A stretch of 64,000 nucleotides of DNA. Source: Tubulanus polymorphus. Lineage: Eukaryota > Animalia > Nemertea. Position 1 is the stretch's first letter, and each line of letters opens with the position of its first letter. The stretch spans positions 4,680,600 to 4,744,599 of the forward strand of contig NC_134036.1 in NCBI RefSeq assembly GCF_964204645.1. Reading direction: 5' to 3'. Position numbers and translations under genes: made by a program. Below are positions 12,674 to 26,745 of this stretch, in pieces. The notes under the pieces are model-generated. The model did not search any database. It saw nothing but the letters and a program-made list of their open reading frames with translations, and was not told the origin of the DNA.

Positions 12674-13143
12674 AGAAGGTCGTTATTAGTAACTAATCAT
12701 AATTTTACTGGATCGTTGAATTCCTTGAGAATGAGAAGGTCGTCATTAGTAACTAATCATAATTTTACTGGATCGTTGAATTCCTTGAGAATGAGAAGGT
12801 CGTCATTAGTAACTAATCATAATTTTACTGAATCGTTGAAGATATTGAGAATGAGAAGGTCGTCATTAGTAACTAATCATAATTTTACTGAATTGTTGAA
12901 GTTATTGAGAATGAGAAGGTCATCATTAGTACGTAACTAATCATAATTTTACTGAATCATTGAAGTTATCGAGAATGAAAAGGTCGTCATCAGTAACTAA
13001 CCGTGATTTTACTGAATCGTTGAAGTTATTGAGTATGAGAAAGCCATCTTACATTACAACTGTTCACAATTTTTCATTAAGATAATTTTACTGAATCGAT
13101 GAATTTAATTAGGTCGAGAAAGTCGTCACTATAGTAACTAATC
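12674..13143 (+). repeat. Minisatellite family A array
   Basis: About 7-8 copies of the 60-bp unit, several near-identical. Confidence 0.93.
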
Positions 13144-14749
13144 AAATCATTTCCTTTCGGATCCAACCGATACAAAAACTAAAATGGAAAAACTACTGGG
13201 ACAATGACACGTTTAAAAATAAGACAACCGGGGAAAAGGGAAATTACAGCAATCATCGATAATGGAAAGAAACGTTGACAAAATCTCTTTGTCTTGAAGC
13301 GGACATCAGTTGGCAAATGCACTTCCGATTGATAGCGATTTCTAAATGATGACAATCAGGACGCGATTCCCGAGGTATGACAGCGGTTGTCGGATCTGGT
13401 AAAGCGGGACGCGATACCAAACGAAGGGAACTGGAACCGACTGACCCCATTTCGTCGTTAGGCGTCGCGTCGCAGGTCTTTAGACTACGATCAGGCTGGA
13501 AACGTTTCGTTCACAGGGAAAGATTTCGCGTTGAAAATAATATGATATATAATTATTATCATATATGATAATATATAATAACGATAAAATCCCCCCCCCG
13601 GATTTCAATAAAGCTATTGGATATCGAAATATACTGTTGCTATACTCGGTTGACTATAATTATAGTATATTCATTCACCTGCTGTAAATTATCATATAAC
13701 AATATATCTCAGTCTCCTAACACTACTATACATAAGTTGTTTTTTCCACAGTATCAAAGTCTATTAGAATAAGGCGCCACAGTGGTCCGTATTGTTCGTA
13801 ATAGGAAAACTAATTTAGTCCACAGAATTTCCGCTACCGATATTGTTTTTTAATCTTAACATCTTAACATAATCTTAACATAGACCATTGATCTTGCGTT
13901 CCTGGGGTTAGGATGAGCCAACGATTATCCGAAATAGGCCCGCTTTGCGAAAAATGAAATTTTGGAGAAATCGCTTGTCTTATGAGCCGATACCGATCCT
14001 GCGCATAGATCTACAGAGGACTAGCATTGAGCCCCATATAGGAAGCCTTATACGCACGAACGCCTTTTAAAAAAGTTCCATCGAAAAAGGGTCGGCATTC
14101 TTGGCGGAAAAGATGCCTATAAAGAAACTCGCGCTGTACGTGCCGCCTCGGCGTGAAACGTAAAGTAAGCAAAGTACGTTTTCGTGTCGGCGCGAATTGT
14201 CGGATCTCGTATATTTCATCGATAAACAACCCGTATAAACCCGTCTCGTCGAAGAAACTCCGTCGTCGCTAGCACGCAGCGAGAAAGCGAGAAATTTCCT
14301 CCCGAACGACGGTACGAAACAGTCGTAGTCGGGCGTTCGCAATCAGCGAAAGTAATTACGCGCGCGACGTTTCTTTTAAAGAGATTGATAATCTTCTATA
14401 TCCGCCTGTCTTCTCGGGCGCTGCACGCGGCGCTGCATTGACGGCTGATTGCGATTAATGCCCGATGAAGCGCCAGCGACGCGGGCATCGTCGACGTGAA
14501 AACCTATTAAGACACACGTGAGACAATTAAAATCGACGTATTTTCTATAAACTCTGATTACAATACACGGGTATATATATCATCCGTTAATGAAGCAATG
14601 TCAACTAATTCATTGCTTAATTGGGAAAGTAACGGGGCAGTTTATTGAAGCCTCGAAAAAATAAAATCATTTAAATTAATTATTTTTCTATCATATATCT
14701 GTTTAGTTGTTTGTTTACGTGACATTGCACAAATAGTAGCCAGACCGAG

Positions 14750-14885
14750 GTGCCGCAGGTTTTCTTGCGGCAAACCTGCGCATGTACCGGCGCACAGGCT
14801 CTATAGTGTGCAGGGTTTCGTACCAAGTTAGCGATGCTATCAAGTTCGAATACCTGCCGAAAGAGGGAGGATGGTCTCAATATTG
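14750..14885 (+). mobile_element. Degenerate tRNA-derived SINE-like head
   Basis: Hairpin TGCCGCA..TGCGGCA then a B-box-like AGTTCGAATACC; homologous to 32317-32440. Confidence 0.45.
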
Positions 14886-14899
14886 CGCATAGCTTAGAT

Positions 14900-15065
14900 T
14901 TAAGATCACGCAGTCTCGGAGGACCACTTTATATTTCAAAATCAAAACCCCGTTTCGCTCCCGGCAGGTGTGGTGGGTTTGTAAGGGACACTCAATCAAA
15001 AAAAAAAATCAAACGAAATTTACCAACCAAATAAATAACAGGGACAATCCCTATTTTAAGACCAA
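14900..15065 (+). repeat. Interspersed repeat family H (AAACCCCGTTTCGCTCCCGGCAGGTGTGGTGGGTTTGT...AAATAAATAACAGGG); other copies at about 24935-25015, 34180-34342 and 40170-40320 (-)
   Basis: Four recognisable copies in the window. Confidence 0.75.
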
Positions 15066-15761
15066 AACCAAAAACACGTGCTCGTTAGACAGGGTTTCTA
15101 TTGGTGAGTTTCGATGCCGTCAGGATCGAATCCCCGCTTGGGTATAAGGTATTTCAACACCTGCAACTATTAGGTGTCTTCGTCGAATCCGTATAAACGC
15201 GGCCGCCGTCGGATAATTACCAGTGGTGACGCACGCCAATCCGCCGTGCTAATACCATCATCAAATAACGCGCGTCTTAAAATCCGGGATCGGAAATTGA
15301 TATTTCGTTCGATTCACCTGTGTCTGTCTGTGTAACGTCGTTGATTGGAAAATTCTCAAACTCGACAAGTCTACCCGTATAATCTAATGTGATCCCCGCG
15401 ACAGAGACGACGGCGATCTAGATTCGATATCCAGGGTCGCGCGACGGGTCGCGCTGAGATTGTAAGCGGCTTTGCGTGCGCGCTGGGTTTCACCTCCAAA
15501 ACGACAAGAAATGCGCTGTACACACGAGTTTAATAGAGTATATTTATATTTCGCGTCTAGTATTTTTTGTTTTCAATTTACCCGCGGCTACGTATTGCAC
15601 TGGAATTCAACCAGAAAATAGCGTACGAAAAAAGAGATTTTTCTGCCCCGAGTCAACAATTCGCTTTACTCTTCCCCCCTGCCACATTTCCGTCTTAATT
15701 TCCTATCTGACTATTAGCGAGATCTAAAGATCTGTCTCGTTTTAGCTATACTACCCCAGAT

Positions 15762-15942
15762 TAAGTAACGAGACGAGTAGTACTGTATAGGTTAACTATT
15801 TATTTGACGCACGAGTTTTCGCTTCTAATGAATAGAAGCTTCATCGGGTGAATGAGTGATGAAGCCTCTATTCATTAGAAACGAAAACTCGTGCGTCAAA
15901 TAAATAGTTAACCTATACAGTTACTACTCGTCTCGTTACTTA
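15762..15942. mobile_element. Near-perfect palindrome (about 84-bp arms) made of two divergent hammerhead-like motifs; Penelope-like remnant
   Basis: Minus arm reads CCGATGA-A-GCTTCTA(TTCAT)TAGAAGC-GAAA-ACTCGTGC-GTC-AAATAAA; the plus arm is its mirror. Confidence 0.65.
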
Positions 15943-18344
15943 TTTTAAACCTGGTTAACACGGCTACTCTACGAATATACTCCAGATTTACACACGGCTA
16001 CACTACGAATCTGATTTCCTATTATTTGTGTTCATTTTGTGGGGGTTTTTGTCGACCTGTCGGCTTCGTCTTACATAGACGGCATAATTGATAGTGATAT
16101 CCCGCTTCGTAAAGCTCAACAGCTCTTAATAAACCAACAAGTCCTTCGACAAACGGCTCATTTTTTTATCATGAATATACCCAAACACATTATTAGCTTG
16201 TATTAAGACGTGAACGGATATTGCTTTTCTGATGTAATCGATCGAAGTACGAGTCTAGGCAGGAATATCTCCGTCTCTATCCTAAGCACTTCTTATCGAT
16301 GAGTTCTTAGAAGTGTAAACAAAAAAGTCTCGATTCGTCCGGCAGCGTCTAGAGATTTCCACCCGCGTCGTTTCCATTTTCGTCGATCAAGCCGGTCTGA
16401 TAAACGAGCTCGACCGTCGGATAGACGTCGGCAATCAGTAGGTATCGTCACTGTCGTCTATCGCGAGGTACATAGCCGAGTGACACCGAATTTCGTTAAA
16501 GCAGAATGATGGAACTTCGAACGTTTGCGTCGTCTAGTTCGAGCGTTCGCCAATGTCGTGGTTGAAATGAGTTTACGGTTTCTCGATCTCGAGGGATGGC
16601 TCTACTTGATTGATATGATTTCTATCCCCCCTTATACAAAACCACGAAACCTACCGGGAACGAACGAAGGGGTTTGATTTCGAAATTGGAAATTCAGCTA
16701 CACATATATAGTTAGTTAGACCGATCGTCGAATTTACATATTCCGTTTTATGAAATCGAACAACAATTCGGAATTGGCCGTTTCTATAATATGCTGAAGT
16801 CGTAGGTCGTTGCTAGCGACAAGGTGTCCGTGGCGACGAAGGTGTTAATAAAGGAGTGGTGTAATGAATTCCTGGATATATCAGTAAGAAATGCAGTTAC
16901 TAAGGTCGCTAAATAGCTAAATTACGAACGTATATTAATGCGTCAGATTCCCTCTAGTGTTAAACCTGTTGATTTCATTAGCACGTTCTTGACGAATACG
17001 TCTCAAGACTAATCAGGGTCGGTGAAATGATATATTATTCATTTCGTAGAATTTCGCTTTATCTTTCTTTTTACTCGATTATTTTTTTCTTTTACTCCAA
17101 TTTCAGCATATATATATATCTTTTTATGTTATAGTAGCTTTATGTTTCGTTTCAATTTTATTGCTTAAAAAATGCCGACTTAAGCACAGAAATTTTTTCT
17201 CTTTTTTTTTGATTCAACTAAAATGTGTTTTGACGTATAAAATCGAACTAGATTGAGAATGACGAAAAGTGCGAATAATCGAGAAAAAACGAAAAAGCTC
17301 GTACGATTGCATTTCTTAAAAAGCCGCAGCAATCGTGGTTGATTCATATCGAGATCAACTAGAATTATTGTCTGCAAATAGTAGATGAATTGGTTATTAG
17401 TAGATAAATTGGTTATTGATGAAAATGAAATTTAAGTGATGAACAAAGTGAGGCGATCAAAAATATTGCAGAGCCCCAGAGAGTTCCTATATTCAATATA
17501 TGCAATGACAACTTCTAGCTCCTCCGAGTTAGGTATTAACTAAAAATGGTATCGCTTATAACTTATTTATCAATATATAAACCAAATTCATCATGATTGT
17601 TAGGGCAACCCCGAGCCTGGAAAAGATATCGTGATTGTCCAATTGACCGAGTTCTTCTCAACTCAGAGTTCACTTTGACTCACAACAGTGGACCCGGATA
17701 ATGGTATATCGCTAACAAACTATTCGTCGATATGTGAGCACGATTCAGCACAATGTTGATATAGGGCAACACCGAGCCTAAAAACTGCACCAGTAGAAAG
17801 GAGTTTCAGATGAGTCTCGAGAAACTCGTCAACACGACGATTCCTTTATTGCGGTATTCATTCGCGCACAAAAAAGAACCATAACAAGATCGTTATCCAG
17901 GTACCGTACACGTAACGGAATCTGCGAACTAAGAACGAACAAGACGCTGTCTAACATATCAGACAGCGCGCCGGGAGCTAGCCGTGGATAATAGCGTTGG
18001 TATATCGACGTTCGGTTACAGGCGCTGAAACTAACGATCCGCGAAATGGAAATGTATTTTTCGACGCGGACGAAAAAAAGAAGGCGTCGCGTATCAGCGA
18101 CAGAGCCAACCGGAGTAAACTGATCCCCTCGGTGCGGGAATTGAATTCTAGCCTTGAACAAGATGAAATTTTGGTTCAGTGTCTGTAATCGAATTGTCTA
18201 CACGTTTAGGATTCTGCGCACGCCTTCGGTGTCGTCGTGCAAAACGAACTGATAGCTATAGATCCGAAAAATATATGCTTGAACTCAGTTAAATTATCGT
18301 TATCTAGACGGATTCCTTAGGATCATTCGATTATTTTAGTTCAG

Positions 18345-18453
18345 GGTCCAGTTCCACAGTTCTGAGTTAAGATTTGACCCTGGGTAAAAATATTGAAAAT
18401 GAACTAACTTTAACTCAAGACTTAACTCTAACTCACAACTGTGGAACTGGGTC
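18345..18453. mobile_element. MITE family 1 (TIR GG(T/A)CCAGTTCCACAGTT), flanked by CAG on both sides; PIF/Harbinger-like
   Basis: cag|GGTCCAGTTCCACAGTT...AACTGTGGAACTGGGTC|cag. Confidence 0.75.
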
Positions 18454-19844
18454 CAGTTTAGTTAAGTTTAGTTTAGTTTGCTAAGTAAGAAAATGTTACC
18501 CATATATGCTCGGCGACAAGACATTCTGAAGAAATTCACCATGTATGTGTGTAAATACTCGAGGTATTCACCTTTCAGACAGAATGTCCTAGCATGTGTA
18601 GGAATGGCATTAATATCAATATTACATAAACACATATAGATATGTGGCTATAAATTACGTATTCGATTTGAATAATTTCCTCGGCCTCAATTGCCAAGAG
18701 GCGCGTCCTCTTTGAGATAGTAATGGTGACGATTAAAATTACATCTTTGCTATGTTATCTTTAACCAACTTTTGAGCAACTGCAGCCCGTGGATGTTAGT
18801 TCAGTTTCAGTTTCAGTTTAGTTTATTCACTCCACAAGTTATAATAACATTGCACAGAGCACAAAAGTAGCGCATAGATTACAGCATATTACAAAAATAT
18901 AATGATATTATTAATAATAATTATATTTATAATAATAACAATTATGATAATAGTAAAAATAATAATAATAGTGATAGCAGTAATATAATACTTATAATAA
19001 TAATAATTATAATTATAATGAAATTTTAATGCAAAAAGTGAGGCGGAATTGTAGTATCGAGATCCGATAATTATACACTATATTAGGTAAATGATTTGAT
19101 ACCTTTTTTAATGAATATCGCCAGATTGAGCGAAGTTTTACCTCTCGAACAGAAAAGGTTATGTAAGGTATTTTCATTGGGATGTCGCCAGTAGTAACTA
19201 GGTATAATCATAAATATTAAATAGAAAAAGAGCATTTGAGTGTTGAACGGTTATTTCCTTGTTGATCGGGTCCGACTCGGACGGGGTATACACTATACGT
19301 CTTTATTATTTCAATTCGAATTTTTTTTTGTGGCAAATTAACGACTATAGCGGCGCGCCCGCATCGGTGTATGCCAGTATCGGGTGAAGGAGTGCCGTTC
19401 GAGGGCGAATAAAAAAACATAACTCGTCATAATCCCGGTAGGCTGGTGAACGCTGTCATCTGTGCGTGATTGACGACCGCGCGGCAACGACAAAACTATG
19501 ATCATCATGAATTTTCAAGAAAGGGGATTATTATCGCGTGTTCGATGCGCTCGAGGTGGCGGGGAAGAGCTGGATGATGTTTTCGTCGTTTCAGTCGTCG
19601 GCTTTCATTTGTGTATCGGGGTAACTCTCTGCATATGAGAAAACGCCTCGATTATAGGGCGTAAGCGCCGCAGAGGTGGTTTTAAATTATGTCGGATTCG
19701 AATTTCAGAATTAGAGAAGATTGTCGAAATGATTTAGTGTATCCTCGATTTCAATCGTATTGGGCGTTTACCGGTTTTTTCTTTTCATTAGGGTTCGTTC
19801 GACGTTGGATCGAGTTTCACATTTGCGTAGGTATAATACCGTGC

Positions 19845-20285
19845 ACTCTGAAATCAGTTCCACAGTTTCCCGCTGGATTCAATTTGATTCTAGATCCAGT
19901 TCCACAGTTATGTTGATTTCAGCTCGATCCAGATCCACCGGTCGTGTGGATGTAATTTGTCTCTAGATCCGGTTCTACAGTTTTGACGGTTTAATTTGAC
20001 TCCGGACTCAGTTCCACAGCGTCGAAGATTCAATATCGAATCTGGTTCCGCTTCCAGAGTTGTGTGGGTTTTATCTCAACTCCGAATCCAGTTCCACGGT
20101 TGTGTCTGTTAATGCTTTGGATCCAGTTCCGCATTTGTGTCGTTTCGTAATTCGACTCTGAAACCAACACGATAGTTACGTGCGTGCGTTCGATTTCACA
20201 CCGAAGCCGGTTACACGCGCCGCCGTTGTGTCGGTTTAATTTGAATCCGGACCCAGATCACATCATTCGTGCGCCGGGTCTAATT
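19845..20285 (+). repeat. Minisatellite family D (about 39-40-bp unit GGATCCAGTTCCACAGTTGTGTGGGTTTAATTTGACCCT)
   Basis: About 10 degenerate copies. Confidence 0.85.
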
Positions 20286-20815
20286 AAAAAATCTCTCTTT
20301 CCATCTACCTAGCTCCACCGCGTGTCGTCATTTCCATTCGACACCGAACACTCCTCTCGCCGGCTCAGCGCTATTATCATAATCATCGCCCGCGTCCTTG
20401 AGAAATTCAATCAGGCTTTTTCGCCAGGTAATTAAAAGCGACGTCTAGTTATGAGCGAGCGAGAGGAGATACCGGGTGGGGAGGATGCAGAGCGCGCATT
20501 GTTACATCGCAGTTAATTTAAATCCGCACCGAACGACGACGAACGACGAACGGGGAATTGAAATTAAAATCAATTTCGCGGAAGTCGCTACGCGCGCAAG
20601 GCGAGCCGCTTCGAGTCGACGATATATAATACCGTTCAGGTATAAACGAAATTGAAAAATTGGCTTCATTTCCGGTTTGGCCGTAGTAGTTAGTAGCGGA
20701 ATATCGCGCAGTTTCGGGGTCGAGGAGTTCGACTCGGTCGAAACGCTTTGATCGTATTCGCGATTTTATCTAGGATTTTATCACATTTAGGATTTAGCTA
20801 GAAAACCTACAACAG

Positions 20816-20928
20816 GGATCCAGTTTCACAGTCACGAGTTAGAGTTAACTCTGAGTTAAAATTAGTTCAGTTTCAATGAGTTAACCTAATGAGTCAAATC
20901 ATATAACTCACAACTGTGGAACTGGGTC
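20816..20928. mobile_element. MITE family 1, second copy in the opposite orientation
   Basis: GGATCCAGTTTCACAGTC...AACTGTGGAACTGGGTC. Confidence 0.72.
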
Positions 20929-23761
20929 CCGAATAAAAACAGATGTACTGTTTACAGTAGGCTCTTAGTATTTATTTCAATCGGCTGTAGGTAATGCGGG
21001 ATGATCTGACAAACAGTAATTAGTTACTAAAGCTATAAGCGCGTTGACCCAAGGCGATATTGTCTACAATCCTTGGAAAGCTAGAAAATCTAAAAAAAAC
21101 GTGTATACAGCCCACACACCAAATAACCAACAATTATGAGTTGAAAAAATTGGACAATATGCAAAACACGGAAAAACGATAGTATTTCAATGTATGATTT
21201 GGCCATGCTGTGTGTCAACTGGCACTATAGAGTTCATTTCAATTAGTTTTTTTTCTACACGTACAGAACCGAATGGCCATGAGTAATAAATCAATAAAAA
21301 TAGAAAATGAGTAAGATCGAGATTGGATAGAATTCTATCGTCCATCTTTTTTTTTGAAATATTTTTTTACATTTTGCATGTTGCCGCAATGATTCCGCTA
21401 TTTACCGGGAGTGGATTGTTGAACTGATTCCTGATGCGAATTTTTCCACGCTGTACATTTCCATCGAGTGCGTTGGCGATCATATTTCAACAGTGGCAGC
21501 TAATTCTAGCCATCGGTCAACCACTACATTGTGCACTTTTATATCATCCAGCCTGTATTTTTTTACCTATCAACGGTCACAGTCATGGCTTCGGTTCTAG
21601 ACGAGTCTACGACAATCTTAGTTCTATAGCCGATCTAACAACGATAAGGACCTGTCTTAAGACTATACTTTCGGACTGAAAGACACAACCGCGCGGCTGG
21701 ATCTGAGAACGCAATCAAATTGGCTTTTCTCGACCACGATTGCCATCGAGTGAGGCCCGACACAAGTATCTGTTAATTAAGACCCGCGCGCGTTGAGAGC
21801 CGAACTCGTCGGTCGACGAGGCCAGTGAAGAGGGACCGAGACCACTTCAACCACCAATCGACAGAGCCAGCGCGGCTATCTTTTGTTTATAGAACCACTT
21901 TTCCGAGACCGAAGAAGAATGCTTCGTCGAAAAGAGAAAGTTAAGATGGAAGAACTATGAGGACGACGCGCTCATTACTTTCGTGTATCGAAATAGCTTC
22001 GCCTAATCGCGGGCGCTGGGAATCGAAGCACACGGCGGTGCCGTGCGATCAAAATAAGACGAAAAGCGACGACGAAAAAAAATCTCCGATTCTCCTCGAC
22101 TGAGACGAGCGAGCTCAACGCCATTCGACGCGCGCTGTCTTCGAGATCGCGAATCGGCGCTCGCCCGAATTTCTTAGAAACGTCTAGAACCAGATGACGA
22201 AGAGACCTACTCGAAACCGTGTTTAAAGATGATACGCGCAGCGACCGATTGAGCCGCTTTATCGTTGAGACGCGGCGCCTGTTTTCGACGACGTTATTCG
22301 TATAAGCTCGTCGTAAGTCGTAATCTCGTCCTCGAGCTCTTTCTTCTGTGACAAGCCAGTTTCTGGTGCGTAGTGTCCATAAATAAATTGTGCCACTTTG
22401 GCAACGAGCATGACATAGACCGACTATCTGAAAAAAAACTGATATTGAACCTACTGAAAAAAAAATCCGCTATGGCCACAAATTTTAAGATGAATATCTT
22501 AGTATAAGTATCTTATCATGAATTCCCTGTATAATTTATGATTTCTGCCTTGAAGCCATAACTATTTTCACAGCAAACATGAAATCTTTAGAAAGGAAAC
22601 ATTTTGACGATCTAGATATTGGACCAATCAAAAAACATTCCAATACGGCTGCATTCCAATTCCAATTCCAATTCCAATTTTTTTTGTAACAATTTATTCT
22701 GCAAATAAATTCATTCATGCCATTTTCAAGATGGCCGCCATTCTATGAGAGTATGTCTTGTACGGCGTTCAAGTTCGCGTCCATAAGACGAGCAGATTTA
22801 AAAAGTGGAATTAAAAGTCTAGTTTTCGCTAACACCGGAAACATCAGTAGCACGAAATCAGTATCCCATTCGAAGGGAATTTGACCTATGAATTAGGCGT
22901 AGCGCAGTTTTTTGGGAGTCATAATTCATTAAAAATTACCGAATATTTCGACGAAGGTGAGCTAGTACTTTTGGTGGCTGACAAGGTACTGCTACAACAG
23001 CGAAATAACGCCGAATCGACGAAACGCTCGCAAACCCTTAATTAAAGTCGTTATATTTTCATTCCGTTTGAAACATCGAATTCGATTTCGGAGGCACGCA
23101 ATTTAATTCGCCGTTAAAAATTCGCTCCGGATTCAAATTAGCGTTCAATTTCCGGTGATCGCCTCGAGCGCCGAAGCCGTTTTTACATATATATACATGT
23201 ATATCTATACATCTAGAAATTTCGACGATGGCGACGAGGATGAGCAGCGAATCGGATATTGGCTTTTTAATCGGCTCGTCTGATTTCAGCTTTTATCCGG
23301 TATACGCGTTGAACGTTTGAGACGGTCGGTTTCCGCTCGGTCGGCCGCCGGGGTAATCCCCTATTTAGTTTCGTATTCAATTCCGTTCTGTGGCATTCCC
23401 GCGCATGGACTCTTTCGTCGACCGCGTCACACGAAACCGATCTTGCGGCAGCAAATAGAATAAATAAAATGTTGCCTCCGGCGGATGCGAACTCGAGTGG
23501 CCTTATTCGCGATCGCGGTTTGAATTACATCTGTATTATTTATAGCGGTTACAAGATCGTTTAGCTCGGCGAATACTGTTCGCATTGTCGATGGATGCTG
23601 GTCGTGGAAGTGCCCTGTTAACCTGGCTTCGAATCAGCGGATGGAAATAATAAAAGTACGCCGAAGGATTTATTTGAAGAACCAGAATTCGCTACTAGTG
23701 TATGTAACTGAAATATAGTCGAATATACTTTTCTTCACTCATTGATATAGCCTAACTTACC

Positions 23762-23900
23762 GGGGCCGGTTGCACAGTCGCGGCTTGGACCTAAGACCAG
23801 TCTCAGACCAACATAGTTATATAGCCATTCTAACAACTTAAGACCGGTCTTAATATTTAAGACCACTTTTGGACTTAAGCCACGACTGTGCAACTGGGCC
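23762..23900. mobile_element. MITE family 2 (TIR GGGCC(G/C)(G/A)GTTGCACAGTCG(C/T)GGCTT); degraded relatives at about 21575-21690 and 42588-42764
   Basis: About 24-bp imperfect terminal inverted repeats; CCG/CTG flanks. Confidence 0.75.
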
Positions 23901-23999
23901 CTGGAGCTTAAACATAACTGGGATTTACTGGGTTGTATATTTTGTTGAATATAGACATCTAGGTAACGAGGGACAATTATCTTTATGAGAAGTCCACTT

Positions 24000-24270
24000 A
24001 TGGCAAGCGAGGATCCACCAGGTTCGCTGTAGTAGTTACTCGTTCTTCAGCGTTCAATTCTTTCTAGATTTCAGTGAGATTTTATTCATGAAAACTATAG
24101 CAATCACCGAGTAGATATATCAGCAGTTTATTCGGTGGGTCCTGTGAAACCGTATGGATTTGGGAGCCTAAAAGTACATTTCAAAATTTCTCGAAAATGA
24201 ACTAATTTCTACTACGTAACACCGAGTGCTCGTCTCACGCCATCTAGCGGGATAACCGGTGTTACAGGCC
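24000..24270 (+). repeat. Interspersed repeat family I (GGCAAGCGAGGATCCACCAGGTTCGCTGTAGTAGTTACT...ACGCCATCT..CCGGTGTT); other copies at about 28035-28320 and 28402-28470
   Basis: Collinear shared motifs between copies. Confidence 0.6.
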
Positions 24271-26354
24271 CAAAAATTCGGTCGCAGAGCGTCTGTCGAC
24301 CTTCGCACAGATTCCGAACACCTTTGTCCAACCGCCACACGACAACCATATCGATCAGTTATCCGAAACTAGTTCGCCTTGCTCAGTCTATCGGCGTGCG
24401 CGCGCACGTCGGATCAAATGTTTGTCGTTGGTAAATTGGCAGAAATTGGCAATCAGGTGGCTAGATTGAATCGTCGACGAGGATGCGCCGCAATTGCGCA
24501 GAGCAGCCCCCGGCGGCGGCGGTGACATACTCTTATTCCTATCAACAGGTTGCTCCCGCTAACATATCAATCAATTCTACCAATTCGTCAGACTGAATTG
24601 TTTTTTTTTGTCGTCTCCTCTTTTATTTCTAATGCTAATTCGACTATTCGTCTCAGTGAATTATTCTGATGAAGTCTTTGACTTCGTCCTACTGAATTGA
24701 ATTACTTCTCGATGAAGTTTCCGACCTAATTCGACGATTCGTCGCAGCGGATTATTTTGTTTTTTCGTGTATCGTTACCTAATTCGACGATTCATCTCAT
24801 CTTATTATTACTTCCCTATCTATTTTTTATGACGAAGGCCTAAAAGATTAAGGATTTCTAAACGAAGAAAAATATATTTTTCCTAGTGCGTAGGAGAGAT
24901 TCAAATAACTAAAAGAAACTGAACGACATAAAAACAAACCCCCGTTTCGCTTCCAGCAGGTGTGGTGGGTTTGTGAATAACACCAAATCAAGCCAGACCA
25001 AATCTACCAATAGAAAAAGTAACGCGCACGGACATGAGCAAAAAAGTTTGTTTTTCTAAATTAAGATTTATGAGAAAATGCAGAAATTGTTTGATGGGAT
25101 ATAGAAATTGTCAGAAAATCGATTTAGTAAATAAAAATAATTTAATTATAACCCGTAAAAATCTAAATCATCAATACATCCCAAAGCATGAAACACTGCC
25201 GTCCTGGAGCCATCTTGACCGATGAAAAAATTCTCCCGATTTTCAAATTAAAATTCAACGTTCGATTAATGAATCTGAAAAAAAACAATTTTTTTGCTCA
25301 TGTCCTCAGGACGCTTCTGTCGGATCTCTATTTCAAGATTGACAAAAACCTACTCGATGACAATCTAAATATCTTTCAGAAAAGCCATGATACCGAATTG
25401 CGGCGAAATATGTATCTATCTTTTAGACGAATGCGATTTATAACGAACACAATTCGAAATGTCACGATTACAACATAACTTTCTTGCCGCCACCGAAGAA
25501 AAGAATATAATAACCGCGCCTCGAGACGTGCGCGCGACGTCATCCGGGAACAGCCGAGTCACGCTCCTCGGCGCAGACGAATGGAGGTAATTGACGTCAG
25601 AGATAGGGAGAGAGGGAGACAGGGACTCCGCCGACGAGCGAGCGATCGGCACGCACCGTCGAATTACCGAACACAACGCGCGGCCGTCTTAATTAAAGAA
25701 TACCGGTGTCAGGTTTTTTTTACGTCGCTTTCGATTCCGTGACGCGAATAAAAGCGGATTCAGACGCGTGGGAGAGGCGCATACAACGCGGTCTTTCAGC
25801 GCCGAGCCGGCTTCCGACGAGGAAGACGTTTTTGCGTGATATATTCGAGCTGTAGACAATGGTACCGTCGTATCTAAAGACCATCCCTTAAAAAAATTCA
25901 CGCGTAAAGATGTAATTGGATGCTGGTTGACATTTTTTATACTTATCATTAACTAGTTTTGATACCTTGATATTTAAACAGTGGTTTAAGTTTTACTAAT
26001 AACGGGTTTCTGAACTAATATATATATATATATATATATATGAATCGAATATCGCTTACGTACGTATATTAGTTCGTCTAAGATATCTACTACTTAATTA
26101 CTTCAAGACACCCATCCCTTTCCGCGGGTGTGTTTAAAAATGCTGCCGCTTGATGAGAGACATCTCGGAAATGTCAGATAAATTTGCGATTTGTATAGCG
26201 ATTACGCCTCTATTTTTAGTCGTTACGGATAGGGATTGTTGCTCGGGTGTAGTTCGTGGAAACCCGTCAAAGATGGTCTGGCCTTTTGTTGTCTCGTAAG
26301 GGCTTGCTTGAACAAAAAACTGCAGGAAGAAACGAGAAGGTTGCCCATATGATA

Positions 26355-26745
26355 ACCCAATCTCAACTTTGCTGCAGTAACAGACAGAGTCTACTGTATT
26401 TCACAAATTCTTACTCGGTATTTGACACCAACTTATGGTAGATTTTACCAGTCCAACTTCTCCGCAGTAACAGACAGAGTCTACTGTATTTCACAAACTC
26501 TTGCTCAGTATTTGAAACCAACTTAGGGTAGATTTTACCAGTCCAACTTTTCCGCAGTAAGAAGCAGAGTCTACTCTTCTTCACAAAGTCAGTTTTATAC
26601 ATCAACTTGGGAAAGAATTTTACTAGTCCAAACTTAACTGTAATGCGAGACATAGTTTACTGTAGTTCACAAACTCTAACTCAGCATCTAACACCAACTT
26701 TGGGTAGAACATCAACTCTTACTGCGTGAGACACGAGTCTACTAT
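26355..26745 (-). repeat. Minisatellite family C array, inverted
   Basis: CAGAGTCTACTGTATTTCACAAA repeated at about 90-bp spacing. Confidence 0.88.

Noticed and set aside
12674-13143. Regular repeats as a CRISPR array (also the other family A-D arrays)
   Set aside because: Head-to-tail monomers with no unique spacers, no cas genes, and a eukaryotic context.
21893-22006. Possible upstream exon of the + gene (NHFSETEEECFVEKRK...)
   Set aside because: Runs into a stop without a convincing phase-1 donor; no signal peptide.
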